Shown piece after piece: positions 1-10,271 of a stretch of DNA of 64,000 bases. The DNA lies in NCBI GenBank assembly GCA_043815505.1, contig JBDRIV010000002.1:438943-502942 (forward strand), given 5' to 3'. A program made the translations under genes and the position numbers. Positions within the stretch are counted from its first letter, which is position 1. Every line of letters begins with the position of its first letter. Under the pieces are notes generated by a model. That model made no database searches and had not been told where the DNA came from. It was given only the letters and a program-made list of their open reading frames with translations. The DNA comes from a bacterium. GTDB lineage: Bacteria; Patescibacteriota; JABMPQ01; JBDRIV01.

Positions 1-44
1 GGTAGCGGAAGAAAACCATCAGCTGAAAAAACTTAAAATTATTT

Positions 45-515
45 ATGACAGAAGAAGTAAAAATAACCGAAGCCAATAAGGAGCCTCAAGAAAAAGTTGA
101 GGTTGAAAAGGATATTAAGAAGAAAACTAAAGTTGTAAAGGACAAAAAGAAGAAAAGGATTAAACACAAAGTGGCTACCGGAATTGTTTTTGTGCAATCA
201 ACATACAATAACACGATTGTAAATATAACAGACAGTAAAGGAAATGCGCTAGCCTGGTCCAGTTCTGGAGCAGTTGGTTTTAAAGGTGCAAAGAAATCAA
301 CGCCTTATGCTGCTACCATTGTAGTAAATGATGTAATGGAGAAAATAAAAGATGTTGGTTTGTCACAAATAGATATAATTGTGAAAGGCGTGGGAGGCGG
401 AAAAGAATCTGCTATCAGAGCTTTAGCAACATATAATTTAGAAGTTAAATCAATTAAGGATGTCACACCCATTCCACATAATGGATGTCGTCCACCGAAA
501 GTAAGACGAGTATAA
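45..515 (+). CDS. rpsK: 30S ribosomal protein S11 with Lys-rich N-terminal extension
   Basis: Translation has an S11 core (VATGIVFVQSTYNNTIVNITD...GCRPPKVRRV) after a ~35-aa K/E-rich leader. Sits in conserved rpsK-rpsD-rpoA-rplQ order. Confidence 0.9.
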   Translation: MTEEVKITEANKEPQEKVEVEKDIKKKTKVVKDKKKKRIKHKVATGIVFVQSTYNNTIVNITDSKGNALAWSSSGAVGFKGAKKSTPYAATIVVNDVMEKIKDVGLSQIDIIVKGVGGGKESAIRALATYNLEVKSIKDVTPIPHNGCRPPKVRRV

Positions 516-1145
516 ATGGCTAGAAATTTAGATCCACAATGCAAAAGATGTCGCCGTGAAGGTGAAAAACTATTCCTCAAAGGAGAGCGTTGTTTTTCGC
601 CTAAATGTGCAATTATTAAAAGAAATTATCCACCGGGTGTCCATGGCCAAACTGGACGCGGACGAAAAATTTCAGAATATGGTAGACAACTAAGAGAAAA
701 GCAAAAAGCAAAAAATATTTACGGAATATTAGAAAGCCAAATGCGTAAATATTATGAAGAAGCTGCCAAAGGTGGTGGAGTTACTGGTTCTGTTTTAATG
801 CAAATCTTGGAAAGTAGAATTGATAATGTTGTATTTAGATTAGGTTTTGCTGATTCCAGAACGCAAGCTAGACAACTTGTTAATCATGGTCACATTGAAG
901 TTGATGGAAAAAAAGTTAAAACACCATCATTTCAAGTGAAATCGGGAATGCAAATTAAGGTTAGAGAAATAAGTGATAAAAAGAATTATTTTATTAAAAA
1001 AGCTAAAGAGCAGGAGAAAGATGTTCCTTCTTGGCTAATTAAGAAATTGAAAAAACTTGAAGGAGAAGTTAAAAATTTACCAACCAAAAAAGATTTAGAA
1101 TATAATATTGATACTCAACTTATCGTAGAGTATTACTCACGTTAA
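516..1145 (+). CDS. rpsD: 30S ribosomal protein S4
   Basis: N-terminal four-Cys zinc ribbon (CKRCRREGEKLFLKGERCFSPKC) and S4-domain C-terminus. Immediately follows rpsK. Confidence 0.9.
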   Translation: MARNLDPQCKRCRREGEKLFLKGERCFSPKCAIIKRNYPPGVHGQTGRGRKISEYGRQLREKQKAKNIYGILESQMRKYYEEAAKGGGVTGSVLMQILESRIDNVVFRLGFADSRTQARQLVNHGHIEVDGKKVKTPSFQVKSGMQIKVREISDKKNYFIKKAKEQEKDVPSWLIKKLKKLEGEVKNLPTKKDLEYNIDTQLIVEYYSR

Positions 1146-1162
1146 AATATTAGTAAAAAACT

Positions 1163-2128
1163 ATGGACAATAACAACATTTTTGAACCAATTCCATTACC
1201 AAATGAAATCAAGGTAGAAAACGCTAAAGGAAATTCAGCTGATATTATTATACAGCCATGTTTTCCAGGTTTTGGAAATACAATTGGTAATGCTCTAAGA
1301 AGAGTTTTGTTATCTTCTTTGTCAGGATCCGCTGTAACCTCAGTAAAAATTAAAGGTGTTGATCACGAATTTTCTTCAATTGATAATGTGAAAGAAGATG
1401 TTCTTTCCATAATTTTGAATCTCAAAGGACTAAATTTGAAAGTCCATTCTGATGAACCTGTAAGAATGAAAATTAATGCTTCTGGCAAAAAAGAAATTAA
1501 AGCTTCAGATATTGAAACCACCAGTGATGTAGAAATAGTTGAAAAAGATCATCACATTGCCACCCTTACTCATCCTGATTCAAAATTGGAAATGGAAATA
1601 GTGGCTGACAGAGGGAGAGGTTATGTTCCAGTCGAACAAAAAGATAAAAAAGAATTAGAAGTAGGTATGATCCTTATAGATTCAATTTATTCACCAGTAA
1701 TTAAAGTGGGATATCATATTGATAACATGCGCGTTGGTCAGATGACTAATTTTAATAGAATTACTTTAAAAGTTACAACTGACGGCTCAGTTTCTCCTAA
1801 GGATGCAGTAAAACAATCAGCTGAAATACTTATTAATCATTTTCAGAAAATTGTAAATCCAGCTGAAGTTGAAACAAAGGCAGAAAAAAAGATAAAGAAA
1901 AAAGAAAAAGAAGAAAATGATGAAAAAACTGAAATAACAATCGAAGATTTAAAACTATCTGCTAGAACAAAAAATGCTTTAGTAAACGGAAATTTGAACT
2001 CAATTAATGATATTTGTAAAAAAAGTTCGAGTGAATTAATGGATTTAGAAGGGTTTGGGGCCAGAGCTTTGGATGAAGTGCGGTCGGCCTTGGACAAAAA
2101 AGAAATTAAACATATGTTAGATTCATAA
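1163..2128 (+). CDS. rpoA: DNA-directed RNA polymerase alpha subunit
   Basis: NALRRVLLSSLSGSAVTSVKIKGVDHEF motif and C-terminal alpha-CTD helix-hairpin-helix (DLEGFGARALDEV). Lys/Glu-rich linker insertion before the CTD. Confidence 0.9.
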   Translation: MDNNNIFEPIPLPNEIKVENAKGNSADIIIQPCFPGFGNTIGNALRRVLLSSLSGSAVTSVKIKGVDHEFSSIDNVKEDVLSIILNLKGLNLKVHSDEPVRMKINASGKKEIKASDIETTSDVEIVEKDHHIATLTHPDSKLEMEIVADRGRGYVPVEQKDKKELEVGMILIDSIYSPVIKVGYHIDNMRVGQMTNFNRITLKVTTDGSVSPKDAVKQSAEILINHFQKIVNPAEVETKAEKKIKKKEKEENDEKTEITIEDLKLSARTKNALVNGNLNSINDICKKSSSELMDLEGFGARALDEVRSALDKKEIKHMLDS

Positions 2129-2134
2129 AATTTC

Positions 2135-2485
2135 ATGCGCCATCAGGTTAGAGGAAAAAAACTAGGAAGAAAGAAACATGTCAGAGTTCAACTGATGAAA
2201 AATTTAGCTATCTCTATAATCATGGAGGAAAAAGTAAAAACTACAATCACTAAAGCTAAAATGGTTAGAGGATTAGTTGATAAAGCAATTATATTAGGAA
2301 AAGATGAAAAATTGGCCAGCAAACAAAAATTGCAACAACTTATTACTAATAAAAAAGCTGAAGCAAAATTACGCAAGGAATTAAAGGAAAAATACAAGGA
2401 AAAAGTAAGTGGTTTTACTAGAATTACAAAAATTGGAAAACGATTGGGTGATGCTGCTGAAATGGTAATAATTGAATTAGTATAA
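2135..2485 (+). CDS. rplQ: 50S ribosomal protein L17
   Basis: MRHQVRGKKLGRKKHVRVQLMKNLA... is a typical L17 N-terminus. Follows rpoA as in most bacteria. Confidence 0.9.
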   Translation: MRHQVRGKKLGRKKHVRVQLMKNLAISIIMEEKVKTTITKAKMVRGLVDKAIILGKDEKLASKQKLQQLITNKKAEAKLRKELKEKYKEKVSGFTRITKIGKRLGDAAEMVIIELV

Positions 2486-2907
2486 TGTATAAAACTCACC
2501 ATCAGAAAAAAGAAGATATTAAAAGAAGCTGGCGTTTGTTTGATGCTAGTGGTAAGAGTATTGGCAAACTCGCTTCAGAAATAGCAACAGTTTTAATGGG
2601 AAAAGAGAAAAGTGACTTTTCTTATCATTTAGATCAAGGTGATCATGTGATAGTTGTAAATGCAGCTCAAATTAATATTAAACCAAGAAAATTAGCAGCT
2701 AAAAAATATTTTAATTATAGTGGTTATCCTGGTGGTATGAAGGCATCTAAACAATCGGATTTAATAAAAGATAATCCAAAAATAATAATCGAAAAAGCTG
2801 TTTATAATATGGTAGCCAGTAATCGCTTAAGAAAAGCTCGCATGAAACGACTTCATGTTTATGCAGATGATAAACATCCTTACGCTAAGCAATTAGAAAG
2901 CAAATAA
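2485..2907 (+). CDS. rplM: 50S ribosomal protein L13
   Basis: WRLFDASGKSIGKLASEIATVLMGKEK...HVIVVNAAQI is an L13 signature. Stop/start overlaps rplQ. Confidence 0.9.
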   Translation: MYKTHHQKKEDIKRSWRLFDASGKSIGKLASEIATVLMGKEKSDFSYHLDQGDHVIVVNAAQINIKPRKLAAKKYFNYSGYPGGMKASKQSDLIKDNPKIIIEKAVYNMVASNRLRKARMKRLHVYADDKHPYAKQLESK

Positions 2908-3320
2908 TGGAAAAAGAAACGAAAAAAAGAACAGGAAAATATATTTATGCAACCGGTCGTCGCAAGACTTCAATTGCTCGTGTTAGATTATATAAAGGTA
3001 CCGGAGATATGAAAGTTAACGGCATGGAGGCCAAAGCATATTTCCCCACAAAAACCTTACACGATAAAATTAAACAACCGTTAATTCAAAGTGGTCTTGA
3101 TGATAAAATGGATGCTGACATTAAAGCTGTTGGTGGTGGAAAAAATTCACAAGCTGAAGCTGTACGACATGGGATATCGCGTGCTCTAGTTATAAAAGAC
3201 GAGAAATTAAAAAAATCACTCAAGAAAAGTGGCTATTTGAAAAGAGATCCGAGAATGAAAGAAAGAAAGAAATATGGTTTGAAGCGAGCTCGTCGTGCTC
3301 CTCAATGGCAGAAACGTTAA
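2907..3320 (+). CDS. rpsI: 30S ribosomal protein S9
   Basis: ATGRRKTSIARVRL...GGGKNSQAEAVRHGISRAL...KRARRAPQWQKR is an S9 signature. rplM-rpsI are a conserved pair. Confidence 0.9.
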   Translation: MEKETKKRTGKYIYATGRRKTSIARVRLYKGTGDMKVNGMEAKAYFPTKTLHDKIKQPLIQSGLDDKMDADIKAVGGGKNSQAEAVRHGISRALVIKDEKLKKSLKKSGYLKRDPRMKERKKYGLKRARRAPQWQKR

Positions 3321-3326
3321 AGAAAC

Positions 3327-3412
3327 CACCCCGCCCCAGTTTTTAAATTAAGAAGGAATATTTACCTGGCTTAATAACTAAATGTTAGAAACTGAAGCGG
3401 GGTGATTTTTTT
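3327..3412 (+). terminator. Putative intrinsic terminator after rpsI
   Basis: CACCCCGC (3327-3334) pairs with GCGGGGTG (3397-3404), followed by a T-run ATTTTTTT. The 62-nt loop is atypically long. It lies between convergent rpsI and the minus-strand gene ending at 3411. Confidence 0.4.
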
Positions 3413-4760
3413 ATTGATAAATTAGTTTTTGCAAAGAGTCACTAATATTAAGATATATATTTTCAGTATTTAAAAATATGATGTTATTATTTTCTAATTC
3501 CAAATTATCTAGCAGAGTAAACTGATTGATCTGACCACGTGTGTCAATTTCAATTAAATTAAGATTTGCAGAAGTTGTATAAAATAAATTGTTGCTATCT
3601 TGATGCCAAATAAGATTATTAATAGGTTTAGATAATCTAGTTAAAAATCGAATAGATGTTTTTTTATCATTATTTGTAACCACATAAAGTTCACCAGCCG
3701 AAGAAAAGGCAAATTTTGTTTTATCAGGTGCAATGGTTATGTTATCAATATTATAATCGAGCTTCAGCAAATTATCGAACCATAAAACATAACTCCAATT
3801 ATCAGAATCATTTGTTAAAAGCAAACTTCCCTTGTTGATATTTAAATGAAGATTAGCATTAGAAAAAGAAGTTATAGGTTCAAATTGGTTGCCAGTAAAA
3901 GACCAAAGATATTGTAAATTACTATCTTCATAGTAACTTAATAAATAAAGCTTATTATTGTAAAATTTTAATTCCGTAAAAGCTTGATCTGGATTAGAAA
4001 TTAAAGGAATTATATTGCCGTTTAGATTTTGCTCATGGAGAGTGTTTTGTAACAAGTAATAGACTGTATTACTATCTGCTGAAAAAGTTATATTTGAAAT
4101 ATTATCTCGGTATTTAATTTTAATGGAACGATTAGCTAAATCAATTAAATAGTGTGAAATAGTATCAGCAAAGCTTTTTCGCAATAGCAAATAATTATTG
4201 TTAGGAGAAAATTCCAAAATAGAAAATATCGCTTCATTTTCAAGCTCTGGAAATAGAGTGATAAGATTTAAGGAAAATGTGTCAGAATTTTCTAAATTAT
4301 ATATAAGTATTTCTTTACCATTTTCACTAAGTTGAGCTAAAAGAGTCGCAGTATCATTTAAAACAAGATTGTTTGGAGAAAGATTAATAACGTTTTCACT
4401 CGTTGCGCTTTCCCTTGGTAGTATCACATTATTTATAGTGGTCACAAGCGAAGCTTCTACCGGTAATGTTTTATGCCAAGTCTGATAACCTGATTTACTA
4501 ATTTCAATTTCATAATCTCCGGGCAACAAACCTTTGATACGATGGGGAGTTTTCTCATTCTCTAATTTACCATCCAAATAAACTTCAGCGTCCTCAGGAC
4601 TGGCTTTGATATAGAAAAAACCAACCTTAACAATTTCATTATTAGTAAAGTCGTAACGCCAACCAGCCGCATAAAAAGATATAAAAGAGGCGACGGATAA
4701 AAAAATGAGTACCGCTATAATTAGCAAAATGATACGTTGATATCTGGGAATAGTTGACAT
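3411..4760 (-). CDS. Membrane-anchored PEGA-domain protein with beta-propeller-like C-terminal region
   Basis: N-terminal TM helix (IILLIIAVLIFLSVASFISFYAA). PEGA-like segment (IKASPEDAEVYLDGK...LLPGDYEIEISKSGYQTWHKTL). Long Asn/Leu-rich repetitive region consistent with beta-strand repeats. Confidence 0.5.
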   Translation of the reverse strand: MSTIPRYQRIILLIIAVLIFLSVASFISFYAAGWRYDFTNNEIVKVGFFYIKASPEDAEVYLDGKLENEKTPHRIKGLLPGDYEIEISKSGYQTWHKTLPVEASLVTTINNVILPRESATSENVINLSPNNLVLNDTATLLAQLSENGKEILIYNLENSDTFSLNLITLFPELENEAIFSILEFSPNNNYLLLRKSFADTISHYLIDLANRSIKIKYRDNISNITFSADSNTVYYLLQNTLHEQNLNGNIIPLISNPDQAFTELKFYNNKLYLLSYYEDSNLQYLWSFTGNQFEPITSFSNANLHLNINKGSLLLTNDSDNWSYVLWFDNLLKLDYNIDNITIAPDKTKFAFSSAGELYVVTNNDKKTSIRFLTRLSKPINNLIWHQDSNNLFYTTSANLNLIEIDTRGQINQFTLLDNLELENNNIIFLNTENIYLNISDSLQKLIYQ

Positions 4761-4855
4761 AATAATTAGTTTATCAGTCTGAAAAAAATAGTAAAGAGAT
4801 GCCCTTGAAAATTACTAAAGTTTACAGTATAGTAAGAGGGTATAAAATATAACTT

Positions 4856-6118
4856 ATGGACAAATTTATTATTCAAGGCAATAAGGAATTAGCAGGTGAA
4901 ATAAAAGTTGCCGGGGCTAAAAATTCAGCTCTCAAACTAATCGCTTCAAGTTTACTCTCAAAAGAAGAGTGTGTTTTTTCTAATGTTCCGAGAATTGTAG
5001 AAATTGATTATATGATTGAACTGCTAGAATCAATTGGTGCTGAAACTAAATGGTTAGAAGATAACAAATTGCAAGTTCAATGTGCTGATATAAAAAATAC
5101 AAAACTAGATGCCAATATTGTCAAGAATTTTCGTTCGTCAATCATGACCTTAACGCCACTTCTGGCCAGATTTGGAGAAGTGGATTTTTATTATCCTGGT
5201 GGTTGTATGATTGGCAAGCGACCAATTGATATTTATTTGGATGGCTTTTCTGAATTTGGTATCGAGTATAAGCAAAATGGAGACAATTTAATTTTTAAGG
5301 TTAATAATCTAAAAGGCTCAAAGTTTGTATTTCCCTGGATAAGTCATACTGTAACTGAAAGTTTAATTATGTTAGCCGTTCTAGCTCCTGGAAAATCAAC
5401 TTTAATTAACACAGCCGCAGAGGTTGAAGTGGTACAGTTATGTGAATTTTTAAATGCTCGGGGAGCTAAAATTAAAGGTATGGGTTCGACCCAAATTGAA
5501 ATTGAAGGAGTAGAATCTTTAAGCGGCGGAGATGTAGAAATTATTCCTGACCGTATAGAAACTGGAACCTTTGCGGTACTCGGCGCTTTACTTGCCAAGG
5601 ACTTGGTAATTAAAAATTGTAATCCTAATCACCTAGAAGTTTTCTGGAAAGTTCTAAATAAAATGGGTGTTGAATTCGAGCTTTTTGATACGGAAGTAAA
5701 AATAAAAAAAGCTAGTAATTTAAAACCAACAGAAATTAGAACCCATGAGTATCCAGGACTGGTAACAGATTTGCAACCACCGCTTACATTACTGGCTACC
5801 CAAAGTCAGGGAATGTCGCTAGTGCACGAGACAATATATGAAGGACGACTATTCTATACCGATTTTTTAAATCGTATGGGAGCCAATATAGTAATGTGTG
5901 ATCCGCATCGAGTAGTTGTTAATGGGCCAACCAAACTTTACGGAGCGAAATTAGAAAGTCCAGATATTAGAGCCGGCATTACTCTAGTCATTGCTGCTCT
6001 GCTAGCCGAGGGCGAAAGTGAAATTGCTAATATTAAACAAATTGATAGAGGTTATGAAAATATTGAGAAGCGTTTAAATAATTTAGGAGCTAAAATTTCA
6101 AGAGTAAAAGTAGAATAA
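4856..6118 (+). CDS. murA: UDP-N-acetylglucosamine 1-carboxyvinyltransferase
   Basis: MDKFIIQGNKELAGEIKVAGAKNSALKL N-terminus. Active-site Cys context YPGGCMIGKRPID. Full-length EPT fold (420 aa). Confidence 0.9.
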   Translation: MDKFIIQGNKELAGEIKVAGAKNSALKLIASSLLSKEECVFSNVPRIVEIDYMIELLESIGAETKWLEDNKLQVQCADIKNTKLDANIVKNFRSSIMTLTPLLARFGEVDFYYPGGCMIGKRPIDIYLDGFSEFGIEYKQNGDNLIFKVNNLKGSKFVFPWISHTVTESLIMLAVLAPGKSTLINTAAEVEVVQLCEFLNARGAKIKGMGSTQIEIEGVESLSGGDVEIIPDRIETGTFAVLGALLAKDLVIKNCNPNHLEVFWKVLNKMGVEFELFDTEVKIKKASNLKPTEIRTHEYPGLVTDLQPPLTLLATQSQGMSLVHETIYEGRLFYTDFLNRMGANIVMCDPHRVVVNGPTKLYGAKLESPDIRAGITLVIAALLAEGESEIANIKQIDRGYENIEKRLNNLGAKISRVKVE

Positions 6119-7125
6119 TGTTTACAAAAAAAGTAGCTATTGATTTAGGTACAGCCAACACTTTAGTCCACGTTCCCAAACGGGGAATTATTATAAATGA
6201 ACCATCGGTAGTGGCTGTGTCCATGGATGACAATAAAATTTTGGCCGTTGGTAATGAAGCTAAAGAAATGCTGGGACGAACTCCGGATACCATTGTTGCC
6301 AATAGACCTTTAAAGGATGGGGTAATTGCTGATTATAGAGTAACTGAGGCGATGCTGAGATATTTTATTACCAAGGCTGTAGGAAACGTTAGATTTCTTA
6401 GACCAGAAGTTATGGTATCAATTCCCGCTGGTATAACTTCAACTGAAAGAAGAGCGGTGATTGATGCTACTATGCAGGCTGGTGCAAAAGCAGCTTATGT
6501 TATTAAGGAGCCAATCTCGGCTGCTATTGGAGCTGGTATACCCATTGGGCAATCCAGTGGTAATATGATTATTGATATTGGAGGTGGAACAACAGAAGTG
6601 GCCGTAATTTCTTTGGGAGGAATCGTGGCTTCAAATTCTGTTCGGGTAGCCGGTAATAAACTGGATAAAGCCATTGCAGATTATGTCAGAAAAAAACATG
6701 GTTTAGCTATTGGTGACAGAACAGCTGAAGATATAAAAATTCATATTGGCAGCGCTTTACCTGAAGAGGAAGAAAGAGAAATGGACATTAGAGGACGTGA
6801 TATGGTTATGGGTCTACCAAAAACAATTAGTATTAGTTCTAACGAAATAACAGAAGCTATTCAAGAACCTTTGCGAGAAATCATTCAAGCTGTGAAGGCA
6901 GTGTTACAAGAAACTCCTCCTGAATTGGCAGCTGACGTTATGGATAAAGGAATAATTATGAGTGGTGGCGGAGCTTTACTTCGCAATCTCGACCAATTAA
7001 TTGCCGATGCCACGGGAGTTCCGTGTTATGTTTCCGATGATCCATTGCTAGCTGTTGCTAAAGGAACTGGCATTGCTTTAGATAATCTTGATTCCTACAA
7101 GCGAAGCATTTTATCTACTAAGTAA
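6118..7125 (+). CDS. mreB: Rod shape-determining protein MreB (paralog 1)
   Basis: Actin-like ATPase motifs AIDLGTANTLV, GRTP, IDIGGGTTEVAVISLGG and MSGGGALLRNLD. Confidence 0.85.
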   Translation: MFTKKVAIDLGTANTLVHVPKRGIIINEPSVVAVSMDDNKILAVGNEAKEMLGRTPDTIVANRPLKDGVIADYRVTEAMLRYFITKAVGNVRFLRPEVMVSIPAGITSTERRAVIDATMQAGAKAAYVIKEPISAAIGAGIPIGQSSGNMIIDIGGGTTEVAVISLGGIVASNSVRVAGNKLDKAIADYVRKKHGLAIGDRTAEDIKIHIGSALPEEEEREMDIRGRDMVMGLPKTISISSNEITEAIQEPLREIIQAVKAVLQETPPELAADVMDKGIIMSGGGALLRNLDQLIADATGVPCYVSDDPLLAVAKGTGIALDNLDSYKRSILSTK

Positions 7126-7131
7126 AAATTC

Positions 7132-8229
7132 ATGACCATTGGCATTGATGCGTCTCGAACTGTAAAGAAACTTCGAACTGGGACTGAGCAATACAGTTGG
7201 CAAATTTTAAAAGCTTTAGCCAAAATTGAAACGCCGCACCAGTTTATTTTGTATTTACCAAAAGATCCTAAAGAAATAAAACATCTTAAAAAAGATGAAT
7301 TAGAGTTTTGGGAAAATCTTCCTCAAAACTTTTTGATAAAAGTAATAAAATTTAGAAAATTTTGGACCCTAATTGGTCTAAGTATCGAAATGTTAAAAAA
7401 TCCTCCCGATGTTTTGTTTGTTCCTGCTCATGCTTTACCTATTATTTTACCTAAAAAAACAGTGATAACTCTGCATGGCACAGAATATATTGATTATAAA
7501 GAAGCATATTCTAAATTTGATCGCTGGTATTTGAATTACACTACTAAAAAAGCCTTGCAGGAAGCAAGTAAGGTAATAACCGTTTCTCATACTGCTAAGA
7601 AAAAATTCTTTCGCTATTATCCCAGTTCTGATCCCAGCAAAGTGGTAACAATTTATCACGGGGTGGAATGCGTTGACCCAGAACTCGAAAATGGCCAAGT
7701 AAATGAAAAACCATATTTTCTGTTTATTGGCTCTTTAGTTAAATGGAAAAATATTGATTTTCTAATTAAAGCTTTTCAAACTCTAGCCAGAAAATATGAT
7801 TTAATAATCGTGGGAAATAAAACTGGTTATTATCAAGAACTAAAAAATATTTGTCATAAATTAAATATAGAAAAAGAAGTACAGTTTTTAGGATATGTTT
7901 CGGAAAAAAAGAAATGGCAATTATTAACAGCCGCCGAAGCTTTGGTGGAACCTTCTTTATCAGGAGGTTTTGGTATGACAATTTATGAGGCCATGTGTGC
8001 CGAAACACCAGTATGTTTAGCTGATACTGAACTTTTTCGAGAAGTGGCTGGTAACGCTGGCTGGTATTTCAATATCAAGTCAGAAGTGAGCTTGACAGAT
8101 AGTTTGAATAAGATAATTAATAATAATGATCTCAGGAATAAAAAAACATCTTTAGGCAAAGAATTAATACGAAAAGCAGATTGGACACAAGTTGCTAAAG
8201 ATACTTTAAAAGTAATAACGGAAGCCTAA
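7132..8229 (+). CDS. Glycosyltransferase family 1 (GT4-type)
   Basis: C-terminal EALVEPSLSGGFGMTIYEAMCAETPV matches the E-x7-E GT1 nucleotide-sugar binding region. Confidence 0.75.
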   Translation: MTIGIDASRTVKKLRTGTEQYSWQILKALAKIETPHQFILYLPKDPKEIKHLKKDELEFWENLPQNFLIKVIKFRKFWTLIGLSIEMLKNPPDVLFVPAHALPIILPKKTVITLHGTEYIDYKEAYSKFDRWYLNYTTKKALQEASKVITVSHTAKKKFFRYYPSSDPSKVVTIYHGVECVDPELENGQVNEKPYFLFIGSLVKWKNIDFLIKAFQTLARKYDLIIVGNKTGYYQELKNICHKLNIEKEVQFLGYVSEKKKWQLLTAAEALVEPSLSGGFGMTIYEAMCAETPVCLADTELFREVAGNAGWYFNIKSEVSLTDSLNKIINNNDLRNKKTSLGKELIRKADWTQVAKDTLKVITEA

Positions 8230-8230
8230 A

Positions 8231-9172
8231 ATGAAAAATAGCTGGTCAATAATTGGTCATCAAAAACAAATTGAATATTTACAGAATTTCATAAGCAACA
8301 ATCAGATTGCTCATGCTTGGTTATTTGTGGGGCCCGGGAAAATTGGCAAAACAACAGTGGCCAAGGAATTTGCCAAGAATCTTCTATGCTTAGATAAGAA
8401 AAATGAATGTGATTGTGATAGTTGTAGAAGTTTTACTAAGAATAATCATCCCGACATTAAAATAATAATGTCAGCCAAGATTCAAATAAAAGATATTCGC
8501 AAAATTAATAAAGAAGTTTGGCAAAAACCAGTTCTGTCAAAAAAAACAGTGGTAATTATAAAAAACGTCAATAGTATGAATAAAGAAGCTGCTAATGCCT
8601 TCTTAAAGACCTTGGAAGAACCACCAAGTAGTACAAGTTTTATTTTAATAAGCCAGAATGCTGAAACATTATTGGAGACAATTATTTCTCGCTGTCAAAT
8701 GTTAAGATTCACCTTAGTAAAAAAAGAAGATATAAAAGCTAGTTTAAAGGAATTGAATCTCCTTTCTGATGACACAGAAAATAAACTAAAACTTTGTATG
8801 GGTCGACCAGGTTTGATGTTAGACATGTTACGAAATCCTAAAAGTTATATAGCAGTTGAAAAAATAGTAAAAAATTTCAATTATCTAAGTAATTCCTCGG
8901 TTGCTAGTAAATTAGTAGTTTTACAAAAATTGGCTAAAGAAGAAAAGCAAACGATCATAAAATATTTGGATATTTGGATATTGTATTTACGTGATATAAT
9001 GAATAGTAAGAGAAAAGCAAAAAATATAGTCGTATTTAAATCTCTTCTAGATAAAGAATTTGAAGGAAAAGAAGCTCAAGAACTAATTAAAGTCTTACTT
9101 CGTATCAAACGAAATCTTTTAAAAACAATTAATGCAAAAACAAGTCTAGAATTAATAAGTTCTAAAATATAA
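8231..9172 (+). CDS. holB: DNA polymerase III delta' subunit
   Basis: AHAWLFVGPGKIGKTTVAKEFAKNLLC followed by Cys cluster CDCDSC...HPD. Clamp-loader AAA+ architecture. Confidence 0.75.
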   Translation: MKNSWSIIGHQKQIEYLQNFISNNQIAHAWLFVGPGKIGKTTVAKEFAKNLLCLDKKNECDCDSCRSFTKNNHPDIKIIMSAKIQIKDIRKINKEVWQKPVLSKKTVVIIKNVNSMNKEAANAFLKTLEEPPSSTSFILISQNAETLLETIISRCQMLRFTLVKKEDIKASLKELNLLSDDTENKLKLCMGRPGLMLDMLRNPKSYIAVEKIVKNFNYLSNSSVASKLVVLQKLAKEEKQTIIKYLDIWILYLRDIMNSKRKAKNIVVFKSLLDKEFEGKEAQELIKVLLRIKRNLLKTINAKTSLELISSKI

Positions 9173-9176
9173 ACAT

Positions 9177-10262
9177 ATGAAAAAAACAATTGTTTCTATA
9201 TTTCTAATATTTTTAGTCTTTACGGTAGCTTCGGCCCAACTACCTGGTTGTGGTTCAAGTAGCAAGGAAACGCCAGATACAGGCGGTATTTTTGTAACCA
9301 CCAACAAAGGAGAGTCATGGCAACCAATAGGATTTATGACAACTGGTGAAGCGATCGCTTCAAAATCTATTAATTATTTAAAGCAGGATCCTGCTAACGG
9401 CGATACTATATTCGCTGGGATAAATGGTCAGGGGATGATAAAAAGTGTGGATAGTGGTAATACCTGGGAAAATACAAGTTTAACGGCGGGAACGATTAAA
9501 AGTATAAGTTTTGATACTAAGCAGTCAGCGATCACCGGGCAGTCAGCGATTGTTTATGCTGGCGGAGAATTTTCTGAACGGGGAAAAATATTCAAATCAA
9601 TTGACAATGGAGAAACTTTCACAGAAATATTTTCTGATGCCAATACTGATACTTATATTTCATTTTTAGAAGTTGATTCCTATGAAAATAGTAGAGTATT
9701 TGCGCTTATTTCTTCCGGTGTTTTTATGGTCAGCAATGATTACGGTAATTCTTGGGATTTCAAATACACTTTTGATGATCAAGTAAATTATTTTGCCATT
9801 TCACCACTTGATTCCAGAATTATGTATGCCGTTGAGGATAAGAAGGGATTTTATTTTTCTAATGATGGAGGAAGTTCGTGGGAAGACCTAACAGAAAGCA
9901 TTAATGATTCCTTTGAAGATACTAAAATACTAAGTAATGTTTATGCTATTGCCAAAGATTTTAAAAGTGTTGATAGAATTCACATTTTGACAGAAGATGG
10001 ATTTTATACTTCCAATAATAATGGCAACAATTGGCAAAGTACTGGACCAATAAATCTTCCAGAGCGAGTTAAACACGGTGTAGTAAGAATAAATCCGAAT
10101 AATCGCAATGAAATCTTTCTAGGTCTAAATAATTCCTTTTATCGCTCAACTGATGGTGGAAGCAATTGGTCTGTGTATCAGTTAAATGATAGTATTGTGT
10201 ATGACATATTGATTGACCAGGACGACACAAATAGTGTATATTTAGGAATGCTTAAGAATTAA
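9177..10262 (+). CDS. Secreted BNR/Asp-box repeat lipoprotein (beta-propeller)
   Basis: Signal peptide plus lipobox-like LPGC. At least seven S-x-D-x-G-x-(T/S)-W Asp-box repeats (SVDSGNTWE, SIDNGETFT, SNDYGNSWD, SNDGGSSWE, SNNNGNNWQ, STDGGSNWS). Confidence 0.6.
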   Translation: MKKTIVSIFLIFLVFTVASAQLPGCGSSSKETPDTGGIFVTTNKGESWQPIGFMTTGEAIASKSINYLKQDPANGDTIFAGINGQGMIKSVDSGNTWENTSLTAGTIKSISFDTKQSAITGQSAIVYAGGEFSERGKIFKSIDNGETFTEIFSDANTDTYISFLEVDSYENSRVFALISSGVFMVSNDYGNSWDFKYTFDDQVNYFAISPLDSRIMYAVEDKKGFYFSNDGGSSWEDLTESINDSFEDTKILSNVYAIAKDFKSVDRIHILTEDGFYTSNNNGNNWQSTGPINLPERVKHGVVRINPNNRNEIFLGLNNSFYRSTDGGSNWSVYQLNDSIVYDILIDQDDTNSVYLGMLKN

Positions 10263-10271
10263 TGGCAATAA

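Noticed and set aside
1-44. Possible 3' end of an upstream ribosomal protein gene (GSGRKPSAEKT*)
   Set aside because: Only 11 codons are visible, with no recognisable motif. This is insufficient for a call, although an rpsM tail would fit the usual operon order.
1860-1935. Lys/Glu-rich low-complexity tract in rpoA (KAEKKIKKKEKEENDEKTE) as a possible DNA repeat
   Set aside because: The repetitive A/G-rich DNA is in frame inside rpoA between the NTD and CTD, where a flexible linker is expected. It is compositional and not a repeat element.
305-2502. Several 90-105-aa minus-strand ORFs antisense to rpsK, rpoA and rplQ
   Set aside because: They are antisense to strongly supported ribosomal and RNAP genes and their translations are low-complexity (F/S/I-rich). 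Shadow ORFs of this kind are typical of AT-rich genomes.
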